NCBI GenBank assembly: GCA_963700635.1
Contig: CAVOYH010000005.1
Span: 192,625-256,624 of the forward strand
Reading direction: 5' to 3'
Source: an uncultured Bacteroidota bacterium
Lineage (GTDB): Bacteria; Bacteroidota; Ignavibacteria; UBA10030; UBA6906
DNA length: 64,000 nt
The notes under the pieces are model-generated. The model made no database searches. It saw nothing but the letters and a program-made list of their open reading frames with translations, and had not been told where the DNA came from. The translations under genes and the position numbers were made by a program. This document shows, piece after piece, positions 57,354 through 64,000 of the stretch (within the stretch, counting starts at the first letter, position 1; each line of letters starts with the position of its first letter).

Positions 57354-57560
57354 CTACGGGGCAATTCTGGTGACATTGACCGCTTGAAGCCCCTTCTGCC
57401 CCTGCTCTACCTCAAACTGCACACCCTCCCCCTGCTTCAAGGTCTTGTACCCGTCCCCGATAATGGACTTGAAATGGACAAAGAGGTCTTCTCCGTTCTC
57501 ACGCGTAATAAAGCCATACCCCTTCGCGTTATTGAACCACTTCACGGTACCCTTTTCCAT
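57354..57560 (-). CDS. Cold-shock protein (CspA family)
   Basis: '[15 protein letters not shown]' (RNP1), 'DLFVHF' (RNP2). 68 aa. Confidence 0.95.
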   Translation of the reverse strand: MEKGTVKWFNNAKGYGFITRENGEDLFVHFKSIIGDGYKTLKQGEGVQFEVEQGQKGLQAVNVTRIAP

Positions 57561-57660
57561 GGTGCTGGAACCTTCCTGGATGTGTTACCAATGCGAACGT
57601 AACAAACCGGATTGATAAACGCAAGTGCCCCCCCCAATCTGCCCGTGTTTCGCGCGGACA

Positions 57661-60015
57661 TCACTCATCAAGCCAGATTCCGGGATTGGGGGCCGGATCA
57701 TCAGGTTTTTCGTCTCCCCCGTCCACCGTACGTGTCTGGAGTATCATCCCCTCGGAGGAGAAGGGAAACAGATCTTCAATCGCAAAAATACGGGCAAAAT
57801 CGGTCGGCCGGAAGAATTCAGTAAACTTCTCTGAGAGTTCATTCAACCTCCTCAGATAGTACGCGGAGTTTTCATCGGGGAAGTGTGGATCCCACTCCTC
57901 AGCCGGCTTACTGGCGTCTGTTATCCGCACATTGGGGTCACTCCCGGTAACATAATAGGCTACCCGGTCTCCGACCCGAAAACGGCGTCCCAGCCGGATT
58001 GCCACCTCGTACGCCGCACTCCGGTTCCTCTGCTCCTTCTCAACTTCCCGTCTGTACTGCTCAATCGGTTCCCGCAGTGTTTCCACCCGCGCGAAATCCC
58101 GAACATCCATTGTATGGGATTGAATGGTGGAGGCCACCTCAAGATACAGCCGGTGGAGCCCGTCTATGTCATTGTTCAGAATCCGTTCAATACAGTGCCT
58201 GATATACGACCGACCGAACCTTTCCATACTCCGGGAGACCAGCGACGAGCCTTTGATGATCAGCCGGTCATCGTATCCGAGCAACGCATAGTTTTTCATC
58301 CGGTAACTCAGCATCCGGCGGTATCGGCCATCCAGGACAAGCGAAATTCCCTTCGGCAGTTTCTTTGCCACCGAAGCGACCGTAGACAGCTCTTCCTCTT
58401 CGCTGTTCACGTCCTGGGGGGGGACAAAATAGACACCGTCGGTATCCACCTCCACAACCTTCGCCCCCATTTCACGGAGTCCGCCAATGGTCTGCCTGAG
58501 GATCTCCTGCCCGGCTTTGGTCACCTCATCGGCCTGGTGATAGTCGTTAAAGAGCGCCCTGGAATACCCGAGGTATCCATAGAAGGAATTAATGAGGATC
58601 TTCAGCGAAGACTGTTGCGCATCCAGGTGTGTACGATCCGTCTCGTTTTCTGCCTTGTGCATACGCTGCTTCAGAGTAAGGCGTTGCCTGGTGAGGATAC
58701 CCAGCAACTCGCTAAAAACACCCAGCGTGTCACTGGCGGGCGAGATGTTCCTGGTGATCATAATCGATGGATACAACGACTCGACGTCGGCATGGACGAT
58801 CGGACCGAGAACGCCGACGAAGAACAAATCCGTGTACCCGCCCGTCGTCTGGGCGCCCGTCGTCGCCTGAGGCAGGGAATGTTTCTGCCGGAGGTACTCA
58901 CGGACCAGGAGCAGTTCAATTTTCGTCGCCGCGCCAATCCGTGTGACGGTACCATAACTGCACGGCAGCATCCGGGCAAGATGGAAGGAAGAAGGGGAGA
59001 GCAGAGTACTCAGCCCCCGGGTTTCCCGCACGTCGTCCAGCGCATACCGGACAAGCGTTTCCGGTTCGTTGTCCCATGTCCAGGATATCCTCTCACCTTC
59101 CACAATCACACGGTCAGGGGAAGTCAACCCGAAGTACCGTGCAGCATACTTCAGGCCATGGCTCTCCATGTTCCGTTTGTTCTGGTCGTATGACTGGACC
59201 AGCTGATAGGTATCAACGACATGCCGTCCGCTAATGTCTCCTGCCGAGTAGTCGGGTGCATACTCGCCCTGGAACGAGCGTCCCTCCGCGATGCGCATCG
59301 GTTTGTCATCTCTGCCCAGTAAAGGTGCAATGTCATGCATGGCGCACCGCTTGAGGATATACGGCAGATCGAAGCCGAGGATGTTGTGTCCCTCGATCAC
59401 ATCCGGGTCACGGTGCCGGATTGTCCGGATCAGTTCCTTCAGCATGGCCGGCTCGTCGTGGTGTCTGCCGTCGATCATGTGCTCCCACCCGCTGTTGTCC
59501 GACAGCGCAATCAGGATGATCCTGTCACCCGGCCGGGATGCGGAACTGAATCCATGCGTTCCTGCCGTGTAGGTTTCAATGTCCAGCTGAAGCCGGTTGA
59601 GGTCCTCAAAGACCATCTCTTGAAACAGGGTGCGGCCGGATTGGAGGAGGTACTGTGTGACGGGGTCCGGGATCATGTGCAGAACATCAAGCTGCGTGTA
59701 GGAATCGATCCCGATGGGCACCCGCCGGTTGAAGAGTTCGATGAGGTGCCGGGTGGCTTCCCACATGGAATTCCAGCTGTCGAAGACGCACAGGTACGCA
59801 AACCGGTGTTCGCCGGCCGTTTTCTTGATCCAGTGTTTGTGCTGGAAACCTTCGAGGAGGGATGGATCGGCGAGATAGAAAAACGGAAAAAAGGGCTCGT
59901 CGCGCGTGGTCGTACGTCCGCCGCTGCGAAGCGTCAGACGTACGAGAGCGTCGTCGACATGATCCACTGCGACGATATGCGGCTCGGGGGTATGGCCGGA
60001 GAGAACAGTGCTCAT
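57661..60015 (-). CDS. polB: Family B DNA polymerase (Pol II-like), exonuclease and polymerase motifs intact
   Basis: Exo I 'LDIETY', Exo II 'HNILGFDLPYI', Exo III 'YALDDV'. Pol A 'DVESLYPSIM', Pol B 'KILINSFYGYLG', Pol C 'VEVDTDGVYF'. 784 aa. Confidence 0.9.
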   Translation of the reverse strand: MSTVLSGHTPEPHIVAVDHVDDALVRLTLRSGGRTTTRDEPFFPFFYLADPSLLEGFQHKHWIKKTAGEHRFAYLCVFDSWNSMWEATRHLIELFNRRVPIGIDSYTQLDVLHMIPDPVTQYLLQSGRTLFQEMVFEDLNRLQLDIETYTAGTHGFSSASRPGDRIILIALSDNSGWEHMIDGRHHDEPAMLKELIRTIRHRDPDVIEGHNILGFDLPYILKRCAMHDIAPLLGRDDKPMRIAEGRSFQGEYAPDYSAGDISGRHVVDTYQLVQSYDQNKRNMESHGLKYAARYFGLTSPDRVIVEGERISWTWDNEPETLVRYALDDVRETRGLSTLLSPSSFHLARMLPCSYGTVTRIGAATKIELLLVREYLRQKHSLPQATTGAQTTGGYTDLFFVGVLGPIVHADVESLYPSIMITRNISPASDTLGVFSELLGILTRQRLTLKQRMHKAENETDRTHLDAQQSSLKILINSFYGYLGYSRALFNDYHQADEVTKAGQEILRQTIGGLREMGAKVVEVDTDGVYFVPPQDVNSEEEELSTVASVAKKLPKGISLVLDGRYRRMLSYRMKNYALLGYDDRLIIKGSSLVSRSMERFGRSYIRHCIERILNNDIDGLHRLYLEVASTIQSHTMDVRDFARVETLREPIEQYRREVEKEQRNRSAAYEVAIRLGRRFRVGDRVAYYVTGSDPNVRITDASKPAEEWDPHFPDENSAYYLRRLNELSEKFTEFFRPTDFARIFAIEDLFPFSSEGMILQTRTVDGGDEKPDDPAPNPGIWLDE

Positions 60016-60031
60016 CGGCTCGAACGGTTAC

Positions 60032-60829
60032 TTACTTCTTTCTCCGCGTTTTCTTCGTAGCGGCCGCCTCTTGTTCCTTAAACGCCTTCAGGAACGGGGC
60101 GACGAGATCGATGGGGATCGGGAATATGGTCGTGGAGTTCTTTTCCGATGCAACCTCCGTAAGGGTCTGGAGATACCGGAGCTGGAGAGCCATCGGATGG
60201 TCCTCAATAGTTATGGCCGCATCCTTAAGACGCTTGGCCGCCTGGAATTCTCCCTCGGCATGTATGACCTTTGCGCGCCTCTCCCGCTCGGCTTCCGCCT
60301 GACGCGCCATCGCACGCTGCATTTCAACGGGCAGGTCGATGTGCTTGACTTCAACGTTTGATACCTTGATTCCCCACGGCTCCGTCTGGTGGTCGATAAT
60401 TTTCTGCAACTCCGCGTTAATCTTGTCCCGGGCCGAGAGGAGCTCATCAAGTTCAGACTGGCCGAGGATGCTCCGGAGTGTGGTCTGGGAGAGCTGGGAG
60501 GTGGCAAAGAGGAAGTTTTCCACTTCTACAATCGCCTTGTCAGGGTGCACAACACGGAAATAGACAACCGCGTTTACTTTTATGGAGACATTGTCTTTGG
60601 TGATCACATCCTGGGGTGGGACATCGAAGACCACGGTACGCAGACTCACTTTTACGAGCTTGTCAACCATGGGGATGAGCAGAATCAGCCCCGGTCCTTT
60701 CACAGCAATAAGGCGGCCCAGGCGGAATATGACACCCCGTTCATACTCACGCAGGATACGAATGGCGTTCGCGATGATGATGGCAAGAAAGAGAACAACG
60801 ATGACGATGATAGCGCCGAAGGCTTGCAT
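60032..60829 (-). CDS. SPFH/band-7 protein, stomatin (slipin) type
   Basis: N-terminal TM, '[16 protein letters not shown]', '[11 protein letters not shown]', '[17 protein letters not shown]', '[14 protein letters not shown]'. AGGAG-preceded start 15 nt after the NfeD stop. Confidence 0.9.
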   Translation of the reverse strand: MQAFGAIIVIVVLFLAIIIANAIRILREYERGVIFRLGRLIAVKGPGLILLIPMVDKLVKVSLRTVVFDVPPQDVITKDNVSIKVNAVVYFRVVHPDKAIVEVENFLFATSQLSQTTLRSILGQSELDELLSARDKINAELQKIIDHQTEPWGIKVSNVEVKHIDLPVEMQRAMARQAEAERERRAKVIHAEGEFQAAKRLKDAAITIEDHPMALQLRYLQTLTEVASEKNSTTIFPIPIDLVAPFLKAFKEQEAAATKKTRRKK

Positions 60830-60844
60830 GGCCTGGCTCCTCTG

Positions 60845-62134
60845 TTAGGTGCTGCGTTGGGTGGGGGAAACAGTGAGGTGAAGACCGTGCATACCGGTGA
60901 CGACTATCGGGTCGCCGGCATGAACAGGCGGTGACGTGGCCGTCGCCGACCAGATTTCGCCATGAACACGCACCTGGCCGTCGGGATTCAACTCCTGCAG
61001 GGCAACTCCGGTTTCTCCGATGATTCCTTCCTCGCCGGTGGTGGGTTTGCGGCGTTGAGCCCGTACACCCATTCCGATGGCGAAGAGGAAAAAGAGAACT
61101 GTTACGACGACCGATGGGATAATAACAAGCCAGGAGACACGGAGTACTTCCAGTGGTGATTCTACGTCGATGAGCATAACGGATCCAAGAAGAAGGCACA
61201 ATGCGCCGCCGATGGACAGGAGGCCATAACTGGTTATTTTAATCTCGAGAAGGAAGAGGATAACGCCCACAACAAGAAGGGCCAGGCCGGCATAGTTCAC
61301 CGGGAGTGTGTGGAGTGAATAGAAGGCGAGGATCAGTGAAATCACGCCCACGACGCCGGGGAGGACCGACCCGGGATTGTACAGTTCAAATATCAGGCCG
61401 TACATCCCCAGAAGGAAAAAGATGTATGCAATGTTCGGATCGCTGAGCAGGTCGAGAATGGTGGACTTCCAGTCCATTGTCTTCCGGACAACCTGCGCCC
61501 CCGCGGTCCGGATCGTATCAGGTCCTGAATCGAGCTGGACGATTCTGCCGTCAAGTTTCCGGACGAGATCATCCAGATCGCGTGCAATCAGGTCGATCAC
61601 GGAGTCGCGCAGAGCTTCCGTATCGCTTAGAGATGTACTTTGCCGTACGGCTTCTTCAGCCCATTTGATGTTACGCTTGCGCTTTTCGCTGATTGCCCGG
61701 ATAAATGCTGCCGCGTCATTGGTGGCTTTCTGACTCGAAATGGAATCCTGTTCGCCGCCCTGCATCCCGACCGGATGTGCAGCCCCGATATTCGTTCCCG
61801 GAGTCATGGCTGCCACATGGGCCGCAAGCGTGATAAAGGCTCCGGCAGACGCCGCCTGGGAACCGGCGGGAGAAACGTACACGACGATCGGGATTTTAGC
61901 GGTCAGGAGGTCGCTGACAATGACCCTGGTAGATTTGAGCAGGCCGCCCGGCGTATTCAGGGCTATGATGAGACACTCGGCCTTCTCGTTGACCGCCTTT
62001 TCAATGCTCTGGTGAACATAATCCGCCGTTGCGGGATTTATCGTAGCGTCCAGCGAAATGACGTGGATGGGCTGGGCGTGGGAGAGCGTTGTGGCGATAA
62101 ATAGCGAAAGGAGCAGGGAATAGGCTGTTTTCAT
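60845..62134 (-). CDS. NfeD-family membrane-bound ClpP-class serine protease (long NfeD)
   Basis: The ATG at 62134 gives signal MKTAYSLLLSLFIATTLSHAQ (the track ORF starts at TTG 62155). Protease domain 'LNTPGGLL...PAGSQAASAGAFI'. Multiple TM helices. C-terminal OB domain 'GQVRVHGEIWSA..AGDPIVV'. Confidence 0.85.
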   Translation of the reverse strand: MKTAYSLLLSLFIATTLSHAQPIHVISLDATINPATADYVHQSIEKAVNEKAECLIIALNTPGGLLKSTRVIVSDLLTAKIPIVVYVSPAGSQAASAGAFITLAAHVAAMTPGTNIGAAHPVGMQGGEQDSISSQKATNDAAAFIRAISEKRKRNIKWAEEAVRQSTSLSDTEALRDSVIDLIARDLDDLVRKLDGRIVQLDSGPDTIRTAGAQVVRKTMDWKSTILDLLSDPNIAYIFFLLGMYGLIFELYNPGSVLPGVVGVISLILAFYSLHTLPVNYAGLALLVVGVILFLLEIKITSYGLLSIGGALCLLLGSVMLIDVESPLEVLRVSWLVIIPSVVVTVLFFLFAIGMGVRAQRRKPTTGEEGIIGETGVALQELNPDGQVRVHGEIWSATATSPPVHAGDPIVVTGMHGLHLTVSPTQRST

Positions 62135-62431
62135 AGTGTATGACCACCGCTGCAATCGGCTATAGCCAAGAATCTCTTAAAATTGCCAATCGGTTCGAGC
62201 GGAGAGGGTGGGCAAACTCCGGACCCGGTATTTCCGAGTTTATGTATTCAAAGTACCTCTCCGCGTGCTAATAGTCAAGGAAATGCGAACGGACCAACTC
62301 AGCCGCGTTAGCAATCCGTCGCGCGCACATGAGGTAGACTCAGAGCTGAACAATGACACCCGTGCAAAACTCGTGACCGGGAGGATGCTCATTACATGCA
62401 GGGCCTGAGACTCAATGTAGCCGGATTTTCC

Positions 62432-62460
62432 TTGACATTCTCGAACCCGGAGACTACTAT
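62432..62460 (+). promoter_or_regulatory. Sigma70-like promoter
   Basis: TTGACA-17 nt-TACTAT, upstream of an AAGGAGG RBS and the ATG at 62509. Confidence 0.5.
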
Positions 62461-62508
62461 ATCCCCAACCGCAATGCTCATAATCAACAGTATCAAAGGA
62501 GGACATCA

Positions 62509-62838
62509 ATGGAAAAAGTCGGCCGCTATGCATTTCTCATTGGGGTCGTTATCAGCATTCTTGCGGGGTTTCTCTCATCGGATTGGATCTTTGCGATCCT
62601 GACTCTGCTCGGACTGATAGTCGGGCTCCTGAACGTCACGTCCAAGGAGGTTCAAAGTTTTCTCCTGGCTGCTGTCAGTCTCGTCATTGTGGCCGGGCTC
62701 GGGTCTGACCGCATTACGTCCCTGCCGCAGGTGGGCGATATCCTCGGGAGGGTGTACACAGCACTTCTGACGTTCGTATCGCCTGCAGCAATCATTGTCG
62801 CGCTGAAATCGATCTTTTCTCTGGCGAAGAGTGCCTAA
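62509..62838 (+). CDS. Small integral membrane protein (hypothetical)
   Basis: 109 aa with 3-4 hydrophobic helices. Strong RBS AAAGGAGGA upstream. No family recognised. Confidence 0.6.
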   Translation: MEKVGRYAFLIGVVISILAGFLSSDWIFAILTLLGLIVGLLNVTSKEVQSFLLAAVSLVIVAGLGSDRITSLPQVGDILGRVYTALLTFVSPAAIIVALKSIFSLAKSA

Positions 62839-62899
62839 ACTGTTGTCGGAGAGCGTGCCACAGAAATCGTTTTGCGTAATGGATGCGTCATCCTGATCA

Positions 62900-63448
62900 A
62901 TGGTCTCCGATGTCCGTGCATTGTTTCAAACAACAGGAGGGCCCGTGGCGGGAGTACTGTATCAATACCTATCTGATGATCACGACAGACTCGACGCTCT
63001 CCTGCTCCGGGCTGCGGAGAAACCCGGCGATATGAACATGGAGTCTTATGCCGACTTCCGTAAAGGCCTGCTAAGGCATATTGCAGTGGAAGAAAAGATC
63101 GTACTGCCGGCAATAACACGATTACAGGGAGGCAAGCCGGCAGAGATCGCCGCGAGGCTCCGGCTTGACCACGGCGCGATTGTTGCTCTTCTGGTACCTC
63201 CGCCCACTTCATCCATCGTCCTCACAATCCGCTCAATCCTTGAAGTGCACAATGCTCTTGAAGAACAAGATGGCGGCTTGTACCAACTTTTTGAACGGTT
63301 GGCCGGGCCGGAGACGGAGAAGCTTCTCAGACAATTGAAGGGCGCTCCCGATGTGCCTGTGTTGCCGCACAACGAACGACCGGGCGTAATGGAAGCCACT
63401 CAACGGGCGGTTGCGCGGGCAGGATACGAGTTTAAGACCGGGGCCTAA
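62900..63448 (+). CDS. Hemerythrin-like (HHE cation-binding) domain protein
   Basis: Helical protein with spaced His/Glu pairs: 'LLRHIAVEEKIVLPA', 'RLDHGAIV', 'LEVHNALEEQ'. The start codon is uncertain. Confidence 0.5.
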   Translation: MVSDVRALFQTTGGPVAGVLYQYLSDDHDRLDALLLRAAEKPGDMNMESYADFRKGLLRHIAVEEKIVLPAITRLQGGKPAEIAARLRLDHGAIVALLVPPPTSSIVLTIRSILEVHNALEEQDGGLYQLFERLAGPETEKLLRQLKGAPDVPVLPHNERPGVMEATQRAVARAGYEFKTGA

Positions 63449-63469
63449 CAGGCTTGAACTCCACCGGAA

Positions 63470-63897
63470 TCAAAACACCCCATTCCGGTTCGGAGAATCT
63501 TCCGGTACCTCCTGCGCGGCCTCCCACTCTTCAATGATACGATCGCCTTCAAACCGGAAAAAGTGCATCAGCGTAATGTCCGGCATCTCCGGCGTCAGCC
63601 GTACCCTTCCATGCACAGCTACCAAATCCCCATCTTCGAGTGCCCGCAGGATCTCGAAGACTTTTTTGGGATACTCAATGGCACTCTGTTCCATGCCGAT
63701 CAGGAGAGATTCTCTGTCACCCTGAAAATATGGATTATGGTGAAGAAAATCGGGATGCACATACCTGTCATACGCTTCGCGCGCATCACCGGCCGCGGCA
63801 AGCCGCAGGAATGAGACACCAAAAGATGCGCTATGCGCCCGAACGCGAATTCGTCGGTGGTGGAAAAAACAAGCCGTTCCGGATTGAAAATGGACAC
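63470..63897 (-). pseudogene. SnoaL/NTF2-fold protein, N-terminus apparently frameshifted
   Basis: The track ORF 63470..63760 begins at a GTG inside an open frame reading '..FLRLAAAGDAREAYDRYVHPDFLHHNP'. A plausible N-terminus 'MSIFNPERLVFSTTDEFAFGR' (GTG at 63897) lies in another frame. The two frames merge if the A4 run at 63821-63824 were A5. Confidence 0.4.
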
Positions 63898-63912
63898 TGG
63901 AGAATACGAAAT

Positions 63913-64000
63913 ATGAATGGTCTGATCAGGTGGTCCGTGGGTGTCCTTTGTGTGCTCTGGTTCATCTCGGCGAAGACCCATGGGCAGGATACGGTGCAGG
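63913..64000 (+). CDS. Start of a secreted protein (partial, runs off the window)
   Basis: The ATG at 63913 gives 'MNGLIRWSVGVLCVLWFISAKTHGQDTVQ', which looks like a signal peptide. Only 29 codons are visible. Confidence 0.3.
   Translation, partial: MNGLIRWSVGVLCVLWFISAKTHGQDTVQ

Noticed and set aside
57883-59193. 436-aa plus-strand ORF
   Set aside because: It is antisense to polB, which carries all the conserved exonuclease and polymerase motifs.
57661-60015. polB as the core of a self-synthesising mobile element (pipolin/casposon), given the tRNA genes about 2 kb away
   Set aside because: There is no integrase, Cas1, terminal inverted repeat or att-like tRNA fragment. The polymerase has the canonical KxxxNSxYG and DTD motifs of Pol II-type enzymes, and the flanking genes are housekeeping.
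63700-63981. 93-aa minus-strand ORF
   Set aside because: Only its middle part (from GTG 63897) looks like the displaced N-terminus of the SnoaL-like gene. Its 5' part overlaps a better + strand signal-peptide start at 63913.
1-64000. Search by eye for CRISPR arrays, IS elements, integrases, restriction-modification or other defence systems and toxin-antitoxin pairs
   Set aside because: None was recognised. No regularly spaced direct repeats were seen, and no transposase, recombinase, RT or nuclease-ATPase signatures appear in any ORF. A computational repeat scan would be needed to be definitive.

Overview
This is a gene-dense, high-G+C bacterial chromosome segment. Five proteins end in type-A T9SS C-terminal sorting domains (NxPNPFNP...VYxxxGxxV...GVYFYRL...), which points to the FCB superphylum (Ignavibacteriota/Bacteroidota-like); that placement is inference. 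I support about 53 protein genes and 3 tRNAs: Leu-CAA, Lys-UUU and Leu-GAG.

The left third (about 2.5-21.9 kb) is a cell-surface/T9SS region. It holds two tandem PorV/PorQ-like barrels, an Asp-box propeller with a CTD, an Ig-like lipoprotein, an S8 peptidase with a CTD, an OPT peptide transporter, and two convergent giant CTD proteins that share CBM-like modules.

The remainder is mostly housekeeping:
- DNA and transcription: ogt, pcrA/uvrD-like helicase, rho, maf, csp, family-B DNA polymerase.
- Metabolism: acyl-CoA carboxyltransferase, pyrK-pyrD-folC, a thiolase/hbd/acyl-CoA dehydrogenase block, and the B12-binding subunit of methylmalonyl-CoA mutase.
- Envelope and membrane: an MltD-like LysM transglycosylase, three tandem small OMP barrels, CapA-LemA-TPM, and two different SPFH/NfeD modules.
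- Signalling: a PAS/GAF histidine kinase with a REC protein and a C-N hydrolase.

Several intergenic regions carry near-perfect TTGACA-17-TATAAT promoters. I found no CRISPR array, integrase, transposase, recognisable defence system or toxin-antitoxin pair, and I cannot claim a novel system with confidence.

The best leads are:
1. The translationally coupled PorV-like x2 / propeller-CTD / lipoprotein operon, divergent from an S8 peptidase-propeller-CTD. Its parts list resembles a T9SS attachment complex.
2. A polB gene packed directly behind a stomatin/NfeD-protease pair.
3. A REC protein with a His-less DHp-like helix, coupled to a kinase and a nitrilase-family hydrolase.
4. A small secreted protein with an unusual C-terminal tail (TWGSIKAMFR).
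5. A G-quadruplex motif in a tRNA spacer.

Two apparent frameshifts (about 6103 and about 63821) suggest either assembly indels or real pseudogenisation. All functional calls come from motif reading of the translations. No database search was run.
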